Made by a program: the position numbers and the translations under genes. A stretch of DNA of 62,549 nt, the filler included, from Candidatus Delongbacteria bacterium (GTDB lineage Bacteria > UBA4055): the NCBI GenBank assembly GCA_016937995.1. It is 3 parts of 3 records of this genome, joined end to end, with 100 filler letters (N's around TTAATTAATTAA, not from the genome) between each part and the next. Parts side by side here need not be neighbours in the genome. Positions count along the whole stretch, not along the records: positions 31,561 to 55,986 come from JAFGVM010000075.1; positions 56,087 to 62,549 come from JAFGVM010000090.1; 1 more part is not named here. One strand, 5' to 3'. Shown here one piece after another: positions 46,074 to 56,177 of this stretch; position 1 is the first letter of the stretch; every line of letters starts with the position of its first letter. Below the pieces are notes generated by a model, which worked only from the letters and a program-made list of their open reading frames with translations, searched no databases and had not been told where the DNA came from.

Positions 46074-48164
46074 ATGATAGAAAAAATATACCAAATAGGT
46101 AAATGTTTATCAGGCAACCAAGAACCAATTGATAAATACGTGCAAAAAGTGAAAATAAAAAAAAATACAAAGATCGACGAAAGCTTTGAATCAGAAACGA
46201 AATTATTTATTGCAAAAGTTGTTTACAACATTCCTGAATTAAGAATTGAATTTGAGCTACAAAAAGAATATGAACTCGGTGATGAAAAAAGATATAATTT
46301 TCTTGATACACCTAGAGCTCGAAGTAGAAAATTTCATTTGGTATGGTTAAGTAAAGATTTTAAAAATCTTGTTAAATATCCATTTAAAGAAATAAAGACT
46401 CAGATTAGTTTAGAACGAGATAAAATAAAGGATTTTGACGAGAAGTTTGCATATCTATGCAAGATGATAAACATGGTTATTGAAAGTAAAATTGACGGTA
46501 ACAAAATTTATACACCAGATAATGTCTTAGAATCAGAAAAATTTAAGGTTTACTTAAGAAAAAAAACTGGAAATTTGTCTGATAATATTGAAGATCAAAT
46601 TAATGAACTTCACACTGATTTGACCGAAGAGTACATTAAGAAATTTTTACTCGAACTTAAACCAAAACAAGACATTGCTTTTTATATCCCAGTTATTAAA
46701 TATCTTGACGAAACAGAAACACTAAAAGAAGCGTATATAACAGAACATAGAGAGTATCGCAATTTTTATTTGCTAACCAAAAATGATACGAGTGTTACTT
46801 CAGCTAATATTGACAACAGCACAGTAACAGAATATTGTTATCTATGTAAACAAAAAGCTGAATCCGTAAAAGTTCCAACTTTTGAAAGAGGAGCAATAAC
46901 TCAGATCTTTGTAACAACTACCATAAATTCAGCTAGGAATATATCAGATAATAAATACAAAGAAAATTTCTCCATCTGTAATGATTGCTTAGAAGCAATT
47001 AAAGTTGGTGAAAAATATATCCGTGAGCATTATAGATTTAAGTTTGCAGAGTTAAATACTTATCTCATACCATATTTTTACGATATAAAAGATGATTTTG
47101 ATTATCAATTAGTATCAAATGAAATAAAAAAAGATACAGAACTTTTATTTCAAGGGGCGGAAGTAAAGAATTTTATAAACTCAATTAAAGACGAGCTCGA
47201 TGATACAAGTGATAAATTCCAATTTTGGAAAAACAATATATTTTCTCTTACATTTATTAGCTACCAATCTGATGGTAATAGCTTTAAAATCACAAATATT
47301 ATTGAAGAGGTTTCCAAATCACGATTTGAGATTATCATTAAAGCTTTTGCTGAGGAATTTGCAAAATTAACAGATTATGTACGCAAATTTTCGATTGAAA
47401 GTATATACAGTTTAATTCCTGTAAAAAATAACAGCAAAGCTAAAAATGAAGCAATGGAATTTTTCAACGCTTTATTTAAACTCAATATTATTGAGAGGAA
47501 AAACATTATAAAGCATTTTTGTCAATCCATGCATTACTTATTCCATTTAAAACCTGACAAATTTTATACAAGCAGTGACATTTATAAAAATCTAAAAAAA
47601 GGTGAAATATTTGATTTTACAATCAAGGATTATGTCTTTAGATATTTGATTATAATCAATGCGCTAGAAAAACTTAATATTTTAAAACAGGAGGTAAAAT
47701 CTATGTCGGAAGATCTGTTAAAATGCGAAGAAGAAGCTTTCATTAATACGCAAAAACTAGGTGAACAGGAGAGGTCACTTTTTTATCTTGGCTTGATTTT
47801 AAGAAAGATTGCGGTAAAACAACAGAGTAAAGGGCACTACTCTGCTCCTATTCTACAAAAAATCCAATTCCAGGGCATGAACAGCAAAGATATTCAAAGG
47901 CTATATCTTGATATCATGGAGAAGGTAAAGCAGTACGAAATTGAGAAATGGACAAATGACCGTGAAGAACTTCATCGTTATATGAAAGGATTTCACAACT
48001 ATTTTGATCGTAACCTGAAAAATTGGCAGCTAAGCGAGGAGGAGAATGTATTTTATCTTTTAAGCGGATACGCATATTTAGTTGCCGATAGTACCATTAA
48101 TAAAGATGAGGCACTTGAAAACAAAACTAACGAATTAGAAGGAGATAATAAAAATGGAAACTAA
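46074..48164 (+). CDS. cas8b: Type I-B large subunit Cas8b (TM1802/Csh1-like)
   Basis: MIEKIYQIG start, CYLC and ICNDC Cys pairs, C-terminal LFYLG and EENVFYLLSGY; directly before cas7. Confidence 0.85.
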   Translation: MIEKIYQIGKCLSGNQEPIDKYVQKVKIKKNTKIDESFESETKLFIAKVVYNIPELRIEFELQKEYELGDEKRYNFLDTPRARSRKFHLVWLSKDFKNLVKYPFKEIKTQISLERDKIKDFDEKFAYLCKMINMVIESKIDGNKIYTPDNVLESEKFKVYLRKKTGNLSDNIEDQINELHTDLTEEYIKKFLLELKPKQDIAFYIPVIKYLDETETLKEAYITEHREYRNFYLLTKNDTSVTSANIDNSTVTEYCYLCKQKAESVKVPTFERGAITQIFVTTTINSARNISDNKYKENFSICNDCLEAIKVGEKYIREHYRFKFAELNTYLIPYFYDIKDDFDYQLVSNEIKKDTELLFQGAEVKNFINSIKDELDDTSDKFQFWKNNIFSLTFISYQSDGNSFKITNIIEEVSKSRFEIIIKAFAEEFAKLTDYVRKFSIESIYSLIPVKNNSKAKNEAMEFFNALFKLNIIERKNIIKHFCQSMHYLFHLKPDKFYTSSDIYKNLKKGEIFDFTIKDYVFRYLIIINALEKLNILKQEVKSMSEDLLKCEEEAFINTQKLGEQERSLFYLGLILRKIAVKQQSKGHYSAPILQKIQFQGMNSKDIQRLYLDIMEKVKQYEIEKWTNDREELHRYMKGFHNYFDRNLKNWQLSEEENVFYLLSGYAYLVADSTINKDEALENKTNELEGDNKNGN
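47703..48164 (+). CDS. cas11: Putative internally translated Cas11 small subunit
   Basis: AGGAGGT at 47689-47695, 7 nt before the in-frame ATG 47703 (MSEDLLK...; 153 aa). Confidence 0.7.
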   Translation: MSEDLLKCEEEAFINTQKLGEQERSLFYLGLILRKIAVKQQSKGHYSAPILQKIQFQGMNSKDIQRLYLDIMEKVKQYEIEKWTNDREELHRYMKGFHNYFDRNLKNWQLSEEENVFYLLSGYAYLVADSTINKDEALENKTNELEGDNKNGN

Positions 48165-49302
48165 AAATGAAAAGAAAGATAACACCGTTATCAATAACTC
48201 GGACTTTATTTTTCTCTATGAGGCAACAATGTGTAATCCCAACGGTGACCCAGACATGGAAAACAAACCACGCATGGATTATGATACCAAAACTAATCTC
48301 GTATCCAAGTATCGTAAAAAAAGAGATATCCGGAATTACGCAAAAGAAAACAAAAAGCTGATTTTTGTGGATACTGAAGACGAACGGAAAGTTTCGGTTG
48401 AACAAAGGTTAGAGACTGTCTTTAAAGCATTCTTAGCAGATGAAAATAGTCAAGAAGAGTTACAGAAAGTAGATATCTGGAAAAATTGCTTTGATAAATT
48501 AGATAATGCAGAACAGGGCAAATCGACAGTTGAAATTTACGAGAAATTAAAAAAAATCAGTGTAATGAAAAAAACAGAAGTTGCTAAAGATGAGAAGCTT
48601 AAATTTATTAATGATAATTTTTCTAAACTTAACAATGAACTACTTACCCACATTGTCAAAACCAAGCTTTACGACATAAGGCTTTTTGGCAGTGCTTTTG
48701 CAGTCGGTGGGTTTTCTAGAACATTTACCGGTCCGGTTCAGCTAAGTTGGGGGTATTCGCTTCATCCGGTAGAACTAATGAAATCTAATGCCTTGGTAAC
48801 CATCATGAATGATGATAATTCAACTTTTGGTCGAGATAACAATCTTTATTATTCGCTAATTGCTTACAGTGGAACAATCAGCAAAACTTTGGCTGATAAA
48901 ACTAATCTTTCTGAAAAAGATATTACTTTTTTCAGGGAAGCAATCATCAAATCAACTAATGCAACGCCAACTGCTTCCAAAACCAATTTACGACCAGTAG
49001 CCTACCTTGAAGTAAAATACAAAAAAGAGTTCGACGGTTTCATGTGTGATCTGCGGAACTTCTTAAAACTTGATAAAGAAAAAAGTGTTGATCCAATCCG
49101 CAATAGAAGCCATGTGAAAATCAACATAGAACAACTTGTAGATTTCTTAAAAATAGATCAAGTCAAAGATAAAATCGAAAAAATCATTGTTTGGGAATCT
49201 TTGACTCTAAAAGATGACGATAAACTATTTACGGATCTCTCTATTAAAGATAATAATGAAATTGAACTCGTGGACAGAGAAACCCTCAAAGTTATAGTAT
49301 AA
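48154..49302 (+). CDS. cas7: Type I-B Cas7 (Csh2)
   Basis: CNPNGDPDMENKPRMD, KRDIR, DIRLFG and FTGPVQ motifs. Confidence 0.93.
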   Translation: METKNEKKDNTVINNSDFIFLYEATMCNPNGDPDMENKPRMDYDTKTNLVSKYRKKRDIRNYAKENKKLIFVDTEDERKVSVEQRLETVFKAFLADENSQEELQKVDIWKNCFDKLDNAEQGKSTVEIYEKLKKISVMKKTEVAKDEKLKFINDNFSKLNNELLTHIVKTKLYDIRLFGSAFAVGGFSRTFTGPVQLSWGYSLHPVELMKSNALVTIMNDDNSTFGRDNNLYYSLIAYSGTISKTLADKTNLSEKDITFFREAIIKSTNATPTASKTNLRPVAYLEVKYKKEFDGFMCDLRNFLKLDKEKSVDPIRNRSHVKINIEQLVDFLKIDQVKDKIEKIIVWESLTLKDDDKLFTDLSIKDNNEIELVDRETLKVIV

Positions 49303-49313
49303 CAGGATTCAAC

Positions 49314-50075
49314 ATGAAAACATTTATTGTAGATTTTAAAGGCAAATTTGCTAACTTCAAGAAGTTTTACAGTAATTCTTCGGCTCTGTCTTACTATTTT
49401 CCGCCAAGAACGGCAATTACTGGCATTTTTGCTGCCATATTAGGCAGAGAAAAGGAAAGTTATCATGAAGAGTTTTGTTTTGTAAACTTTAAAGTAGCAA
49501 TTGCGATTAAAAGCAAATTGAAAAAAAGTATACACAAGATCAACTATCTAAAAGTTGAAAATCCAAATCAGCTAAATGGTTCTCATAACGATACAAGAAC
49601 ACAAGTGCCTTTTGAGATGTTATCTGCAGCTGACTTTAGGAAACAGATTCATTATCGTCTATACTGTAACTGCTCAGAACCTTTATATGAGGAGTTAATC
49701 CAAACAATAACATCATATACTCAGAAATTTCCAATATATCTAGGGAAAGCTGGCTTGTCTGGACAGATTTCCCTGATAGCAGAAGATTCAGAATTAAAGT
49801 TAGCTATTGATGAAAACATTGAAAACTATAATTTGTTTGTAACACCATTACCCAAACAAACTATAGCTGATATTGAGTTCAAACAAAATGAAACACTTAA
49901 TATTTATGAAGATAGTATGCCTTTAACTTATGATAAAGATTACAGCAGGCAAACTTGCGAGATTAAAACTTATATATTTGGCAATGGAGAGCCTTTATTG
50001 GTTAAAGTAAAGAAATCTTTTTATCTTATTGAGTATTGTTCAGAATCAGAAAATATTTTTTTCTTGGAGGACTAG
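49314..50075 (+). CDS. cas5: Type I-B Cas5
   Basis: GKFANFKKFYSNSSALSYYFPPRTAITG and IYLG motifs. Confidence 0.92.
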   Translation: MKTFIVDFKGKFANFKKFYSNSSALSYYFPPRTAITGIFAAILGREKESYHEEFCFVNFKVAIAIKSKLKKSIHKINYLKVENPNQLNGSHNDTRTQVPFEMLSAADFRKQIHYRLYCNCSEPLYEELIQTITSYTQKFPIYLGKAGLSGQISLIAEDSELKLAIDENIENYNLFVTPLPKQTIADIEFKQNETLNIYEDSMPLTYDKDYSRQTCEIKTYIFGNGEPLLVKVKKSFYLIEYCSESENIFFLED

Positions 50076-50078
50076 CTT

Positions 50079-52436
50079 TTGTTGTTTTATTCACATAAAT
50101 ACAAAGATAAACCTCAAAAGAATAAATTGTTAAAAGATCATCTTTCGAAAGTTTCAGACTATATAAGAAACAATGTATACCCACATATTTTTTTCCCGAA
50201 TTTAGTTGATGTTGCTAAGGTTATTGAAACAGTAGGTTGTTTTCATGACCTTGGCAAATATACCAGCTATTTTCAAGATTATTTAGATGATATTTTCAAA
50301 GGCGCAGAAAAGAAACATGCTTTTATTTCTGCTGTAGCAGCTTTTAATTATCTAACTGAAAACAAACTTACGGATTATGAAAAATATCTTGTTTATTTTG
50401 TAATCAAAAATCACCACCTGAATTTATCCTACCTGAAAGATGATATTTGGTTTGATGAGTTTAAAATCGTTGAGCAACAAAATTTAATTACAAAACAAGC
50501 CAATGATTTAAAGAAAAACTTTCTCAACATCAAAGGTGATTTTCCACAATCTCTAAAGGAAGAATATTTGGCTATCAATAATGAGATGCAAACAATTATC
50601 CGTAAAATGGTAAAAAGAATAACTCAAAAAGATGTAAATATTGCAAATTACTTCTGCTTTAACTATTTCTTTTCAATATTGATTGAATCTGATAAACTAA
50701 ATGCTTCAAATACTGAATGTTACCAACTGCAGCAAATACCACCAGATATTATTACGAATTACATCAATAATAAATTTAGAGCTGAAAGCAAAAATAATAA
50801 CCGAAATGAAGCCAGAATAGAAATTGAAAATAATGTTGACGACATCAAACTTGATATGGAAAAAATCTTTTCAATCACTGCGCCGACTGGAATTGGCAAA
50901 ACTTTAGCATCAATTAACTTTTCTATTAAACTTAAATATAGAATAGTAAAAGAAAAAGGCTACATTCCGCAAATTATCTATTGTCTGCCATTTATTAATA
51001 TTATTGAACAGGTTGAAAAAGAATTTACAAACATTCTAAGTGATACAAATTTAAAAATCATCAAGCACCATAGCTTTACAGATATTTTTTCATTAGCAAA
51101 ACAGGATGAAAGCAGCAATTACAATTATGAAAACTATAAAATGCTAGTGGAAACTTGGCAGGGTGATTTCGTTCTAACAAGTTTTGTACAATTGCTTCAT
51201 ACTTTAATAGGCAATAAGAATAGATTACTAAAAAAATTTCATCATTTAGCTGGATCAATTATAATACTTGATGAAGTACAAAGCTTGGATTGTAAGTATT
51301 GGCCATTAATTGGGGCTGCTCTTTATAATTTGACTAAGTATTTAGATGCCAAAATTATTTTAATGACAGCGACACAGCCTTATTTATTCGAAAATCTTGA
51401 TAAGGTTGGCATAAGTAATGTCATTACACCTCGTGAACTGTTACAAAATAACGCTAAATATTTTAGAGAATTGAAAAGAACTAAAATTATTCCAAATTTT
51501 AAAACTAAATTACAAACAACAGATGAGTTTATTTCATTTTTTAAAGATGTTTATCAAGATAATAAGTCATGTTTGATTGTTTTGAATACAATAAATCGCT
51601 CTAAAGAGGTTTATGAAAAAGTTAAAGAGAACTATAAAAAAACTAAACAAAGTATATTTTATCTTTCAACATCTTTAATCCCCAAACAGCGGCTTTTAGT
51701 TATTAGAAAAGTTAAGAAATTGCTTAAAGCTAAAAAACCAGTCATTCTAATTTCAACACAAAGCATTGAAGCAGGTGTTGATCTAGATTTCGACATGGGA
51801 ATAAGAGATATTGGTCCGATAGATTCAATAATACAGGTTGCAGGCAGAATAAACCGAGAAAATGATGAAGACAAAGGAAGTCATTGTCCCCTTTATGTAG
51901 TTTATTTTATAGATGACAGTATAAATGTTTATGGTCAGATACTTGTTAAAACAGCACTGGAAACATTAGATGACCAAACTGAAATATTTGAAGAAAAGTA
52001 TCCTGGCTTTATAAAGAAATATTTTTCTTTACTGAGTCAAAGAATTTCTCAAAACACAGAAATATTTGAAGCAATGAAAGTACTTGACTATACAACAAAT
52101 AATGATAAATGCGGAATTGATAGTTTTAAGTTGATAGAAACCAAAGATGAGATGGTAGATGTATTTATTGACTGGTACAACGGTGAGAACTCAGAAGAGA
52201 GTATTCTTCAAAGATATTTAACTGCTATTGAAAGTAAAAACAAGGAGAATACTTTAAAGCTAAACCGTCATTTCAAACAATACATTATTAGTTGCAAAAA
52301 GAAATATATCTCATCCTTGCCTGAAAATTATAGAATTTATGAGAATCTTTATTATATACCAAATGAGTTATTCAAAGACTATTATAAAAAAGACACAGGA
52401 TTTATTGGAAAAGATATATCCATATTAATCTTCTAA
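50079..52436 (+). CDS. cas3: Cas3 HD nuclease-helicase
   Basis: HDLGK, APTGIGKT, LDEVQ, MTAT, STQSIEAGVD and QVAGRINR; GGAGG upstream of the TTG start. Confidence 0.95.
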   Translation: MLFYSHKYKDKPQKNKLLKDHLSKVSDYIRNNVYPHIFFPNLVDVAKVIETVGCFHDLGKYTSYFQDYLDDIFKGAEKKHAFISAVAAFNYLTENKLTDYEKYLVYFVIKNHHLNLSYLKDDIWFDEFKIVEQQNLITKQANDLKKNFLNIKGDFPQSLKEEYLAINNEMQTIIRKMVKRITQKDVNIANYFCFNYFFSILIESDKLNASNTECYQLQQIPPDIITNYINNKFRAESKNNNRNEARIEIENNVDDIKLDMEKIFSITAPTGIGKTLASINFSIKLKYRIVKEKGYIPQIIYCLPFINIIEQVEKEFTNILSDTNLKIIKHHSFTDIFSLAKQDESSNYNYENYKMLVETWQGDFVLTSFVQLLHTLIGNKNRLLKKFHHLAGSIIILDEVQSLDCKYWPLIGAALYNLTKYLDAKIILMTATQPYLFENLDKVGISNVITPRELLQNNAKYFRELKRTKIIPNFKTKLQTTDEFISFFKDVYQDNKSCLIVLNTINRSKEVYEKVKENYKKTKQSIFYLSTSLIPKQRLLVIRKVKKLLKAKKPVILISTQSIEAGVDLDFDMGIRDIGPIDSIIQVAGRINRENDEDKGSHCPLYVVYFIDDSINVYGQILVKTALETLDDQTEIFEEKYPGFIKKYFSLLSQRISQNTEIFEAMKVLDYTTNNDKCGIDSFKLIETKDEMVDVFIDWYNGENSEESILQRYLTAIESKNKENTLKLNRHFKQYIISCKKKYISSLPENYRIYENLYYIPNELFKDYYKKDTGFIGKDISILIF

Positions 52437-52454
52437 CCACTACGGAGCTACTTC

Positions 52455-52985
52455 ATGCAAATATCATTAACAAAAAAGGTTCAGGATTATCTGGGAATAA
52501 AAACTCTTGAGAATTATGTAGAGCAGGATTCTTTTATGACTGATTGGGGTGTTAATTATTTTACATTGAACAGGAAGCAAATATTTGTTTTTATGAACAG
52601 AAAAACAAAATTTATTGTTATCGTGCCTTTTACGAGCAAGAAAAATCTTATTTATGATTTTGATGACAGACTTGAACTTGAATTAATTAGAGCCGGTGTG
52701 CCTCAAGATAAATTAGATGAAATCTATCTCGGGCTTGATAATATAAGATTTATAAAGAATGACAGCAAATCGTTTATAGCTTCACAAGTCCAGATGATAA
52801 AAGATATTAAAAGTTATCTTTATAAAGGAATTTTTTGGCATGAAGATATACCTGAAATGGCTAATACTACTTTAGTTAAATTCCATGACGGGTATGATGA
52901 TCCGGTTATCAGGCTTTTTGACGAGCTTGATCTGCCTGTTAAACTAATAAAATACGAAGAACTCAAAAATCATCCAAGAATATAG
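52455..52985 (+). CDS. DUF6933-like hypothetical protein
   Basis: MQISLTKKVQDYL..DWGVNYFTLNRKQIFVFMNRKTKF resembles the DUF6933 N-terminus; GGAG RBS. Confidence 0.55.
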   Translation: MQISLTKKVQDYLGIKTLENYVEQDSFMTDWGVNYFTLNRKQIFVFMNRKTKFIVIVPFTSKKNLIYDFDDRLELELIRAGVPQDKLDEIYLGLDNIRFIKNDSKSFIASQVQMIKDIKSYLYKGIFWHEDIPEMANTTLVKFHDGYDDPVIRLFDELDLPVKLIKYEELKNHPRI

Positions 52986-52998
52986 AGTAATTAATATT

Positions 52999-53967
52999 AT
53001 GGACTTAATTTTTACCACACCCGGCACATATTTATCCGTCAAAGACGAGATGATTCTTGTTACTGTCAGTGATAATAAAACAAAGGTATCACCTGCGAAG
53101 GTTGACAGGCTTATTCTTACGAGTGATGGCGTTATAACGACTGCAGTGATCAATCTTTGTACTGAGAACAATATTGATATTATTATTTTGGATAAATATG
53201 GTAATCCATCCGGCAGGTTCTGGCATTGCAGATTCGGATCACTTACTACGATTCGCAGAAGACAGCTTGAATACAGCGAGATTGACAAGGGATTTGAGAT
53301 TGCAAAAGGTTGGATCGTTCAAAAGATTTTGAATCAAATTGAATTCTGTGAAGAAATTTCAAAAAACAGAACGTTACTTCAAGATGATATTACTGCTAAA
53401 CTAAATTCGATCAGAAACAATTTAGAGAGTCTTAAAAATTTAGAATGTAATTCTGAAACAAAAATTGGAAATATCATCGGGCTTGAAGGGAATAGTTCAA
53501 GAATGTATTTTGAGATACTTAATCTGTGTTTATCAGACAGATTTAAGTTCAGCGGCAGGAGCAGACAGCCTGCTGAAGATCCTTTTAATGCTTTTTTGAA
53601 CTATGCCTACGGTGTTCTTTATTCCGAAGTTGAAAAGGCTTGTATTATTGCAGGGTTAGATCCGTATATAGGTTTTTTGCATACAGACAATTATAATAAA
53701 AAATCACTTGTCTTTGATTTGATCGAAAATTTCAGAATTGATGCAGATAAAGTTGTATTCCGACTATTTTCAAAAAAGCTGGTTAACAGTTCAATGTACG
53801 ATCAGCTCAAAGCAGGTTATTCTCTAAACAAGGAAGGTAAGAGATTGCTTTTTGATGAACGAAGTAAATACTACGAAAAAATCGTGAGATATGGTAACAA
53901 GAATATTGCACGAAGCAATATAGTTCAAGCATTTTGCCACAGATTTGCAAATGAATTATTAAAATAA
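52999..53967 (+). CDS. cas1: CRISPR integrase Cas1
   Basis: GLEG, R..PAEDPFNAFLNYAYG, GLDPYIGFLH and LVFDLIENFR motifs. Confidence 0.96.
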   Translation: MDLIFTTPGTYLSVKDEMILVTVSDNKTKVSPAKVDRLILTSDGVITTAVINLCTENNIDIIILDKYGNPSGRFWHCRFGSLTTIRRRQLEYSEIDKGFEIAKGWIVQKILNQIEFCEEISKNRTLLQDDITAKLNSIRNNLESLKNLECNSETKIGNIIGLEGNSSRMYFEILNLCLSDRFKFSGRSRQPAEDPFNAFLNYAYGVLYSEVEKACIIAGLDPYIGFLHTDNYNKKSLVFDLIENFRIDADKVVFRLFSKKLVNSSMYDQLKAGYSLNKEGKRLLFDERSKYYEKIVRYGNKNIARSNIVQAFCHRFANELLK

Positions 53968-53980
53968 CATAAGAGGTATT

Positions 53981-54283
53981 ATGTATATTTGGGTGATATA
54001 TGATATTGAAAGTTCAAAACCGGGCGACAAAAGAAGAAGGCAGATAATAAAAAAGATCGAAAAATTCGGTTTGCTTCGTGTACAAAAATCAGTTTTTCTT
54101 GGAAATATTGAGAATAATCGGGTAGAAGAACTTGAGCTGTTCTCCGAATCATTGATCAATCCAAAAACAGACAGTGTTTATATATTCCCAATGTGTAAAA
54201 CTGATTTTGATAATGTGAAAATGATAGGTTTGGGGTTTGATAAGAAAATGGTAAGTGATGAAATCAATAATTTATTTTTTTGA
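53981..54283 (+). CDS. cas2: Cas2
   Basis: WVIYDI, RVQKSVF and DSVYIFP motifs. Confidence 0.95.
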   Translation: MYIWVIYDIESSKPGDKRRRQIIKKIEKFGLLRVQKSVFLGNIENNRVEELELFSESLINPKTDSVYIFPMCKTDFDNVKMIGLGFDKKMVSDEINNLFF

Positions 54284-54288
54284 GATAT

Positions 54289-54882
54289 ATGTTTAACGAA
54301 TATAGAAAATATATAACAGCTACAGATCTTCAAGAATTCTGGTATTGCCCAAGGTTTATTTATTATATGTATGTTACAAGAATAAGGCAGTATGAAGAAA
54401 AAAGGTTCAAGGTTCAAATTGGAAGAGAAGTTCATAAAGCAAAAGCTTTAGAAAAAGAATACTTGAGAAAATCACTGGGTGTAATAAAACAAGAAAAGGA
54501 AGTCTATCTTAGTGACGATAATTTGGGAATTTGCGGAATAATTGATGAAGTATTACATTTAGAAGACGGTAGCATGACAATTCTAGAATATAAGTACGCT
54601 GAGAACAAACATAAGTTCAGAACACAGTTTTATCAGGCTGTTTATTACTCCATCCTTGTTGATTCTAATTATAAAACAAATATAAATTCATGTTATTTCG
54701 TTTATTCTAGATCAGGAACGAAACCTTTTAAGTATGAAATAAAACCAAAGCATAAAGAATTTGTAAAAGATTGTATAAATGAATTCAAAAAGATTTATTA
54801 CGAAGGATATTATCCAAAGAGAACAAAATATCTACGACAATGTTTAGATTGTACTTATAACAAAATTTGTGATAAATATTGA
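54289..54882 (+). CDS. cas4: Cas4
   Basis: WYCPR, GIIDE, LEYK, QAVYY and C-terminal CLDC..IC Fe-S cysteines. Confidence 0.93.
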   Translation: MFNEYRKYITATDLQEFWYCPRFIYYMYVTRIRQYEEKRFKVQIGREVHKAKALEKEYLRKSLGVIKQEKEVYLSDDNLGICGIIDEVLHLEDGSMTILEYKYAENKHKFRTQFYQAVYYSILVDSNYKTNINSCYFVYSRSGTKPFKYEIKPKHKEFVKDCINEFKKIYYEGYYPKRTKYLRQCLDCTYNKICDKY

Positions 54883-55073
54883 TTTTTCCGTTATTGTTCG
54901 TTGACATAGCACTATAAATATCGTATATTATACGAGTTATAAAATAAAATATAAACGCATAATAATTTGAAATAGGGAGAAAAAATATCAAAACAGTTCG
55001 AAAAATAGCATTTTTAGTGCAAAAAATTGAATGCTTAAATAGCATATATTTTGATATTTGAAAGATAAATGAT
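54883..55073 (+). promoter_or_regulatory. AT-rich CRISPR leader
   Basis: Non-coding AT-rich stretch between cas4 and the first repeat. Confidence 0.75.
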
Positions 55074-55985
55074 CTTCGAGTCCAGAATCCACTAAAACAA
55101 GGATTGAAACTACAGGATTTTAGCCTTGTTATACTCCATGTCCGCTCTTCGAGTCCAGAATCCACTAAAACAAGGATTGAAACCGGCGAAAAATTATCGG
55201 ATACTTTCGAGGAGCTGGACTTCGAGTCCAGAATCCACTAAAACAAGGATTGAAACCAGTATTCACCGTGCCTGATGCAAACCTGCAACACCGCTTCGAG
55301 TCCAGAATCCACTAAAACAAGGATTGAAACTGGCTGATTATTAACGAACTTGTACCTTTTTGAGCTCTTCGAGTCCAGAATCCACTAAAACAAGGATTGA
55401 AACTCTCCTCTTCGAGGATTTTTTACATTTCTTATTTTCTTCGAGTCCAGAATCCACTAAAACAAGGATTGAAACCCGTCTCGACCCAGCCATAAGAAAT
55501 AAAATCTTTTCTTCGAGTCCAGAATCCACTAAAACAAGGATTGAAACCTAAGGATGGTGGAGTTATTGTATGGGTGGTTGGAGACTTCGAGTCCAGAATC
55601 CACTAAAACAAGGATTGAAACTAGCAAATGGTTTAAAATTTCTATATTCAACACTTCTTCGAGTCCAGAATCCACTAAAACAAGGATTGAAACACTTGAG
55701 GTATAACCACCTTTATTTCTTCTTTTACACTTCGAGTCCAGAATCCACTAAAACAAGGATTGAAACAAGGCATCGTATTCTTCTTGTGATATATCATTGT
55801 GCTTCGAGTCCAGAATCCACTAAAACAAGGATTGAAACTTGTGGAATTGTTGACATCATTGCATATTATCAGTCTTCGAGTCCAGAATCCACTAAAACAA
55901 GGATTGAAACATGACTGCGTCTTTGTCCATGTCGTCATTTACATCAATCTTCGAGTCCAGAATCCACTAAAACAAGGATTGAAAC
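55074..55985 (+). CRISPR. CRISPR array: 13 identical 37-bp repeats and 12 spacers (35-38 bp), truncated by the gap
   Basis: Repeat CTTCGAGTCCAGAATCCACTAAAACAAGGATTGAAAC; the 3' ATTGAAAC handle supports + orientation. Confidence 0.98.
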
Positions 55986-55986
55986 A

Positions 55987-56086
55987 NNNNNNNNNNNNNN
56001 NNNNNNNNNNNNNNNNNNNNNNNNNNNNNNTTAATTAATTAANNNNNNNNNNNNNNNNNNNNNNNNNNNNNNNNNNNNNNNNNNNN
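55987..56086. other. Contig-joining linker (N-TTAATTAATTAA-N)
   Basis: N runs flanking a six-frame stop linker. Confidence 0.95.
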
Positions 56087-56177
56087 TATAAAACTCCGTT
56101 TTTTTATTATTAATAAGGCAGTTGGAAAATAAATAAGTTATAAGCAAAAAACAATCTTAATTTTATGATTTTTAACG

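Noticed and set aside
54785-56038. ORFs overlapping the CRISPR leader and array
   Set aside because: Translations of repeat-spacer units
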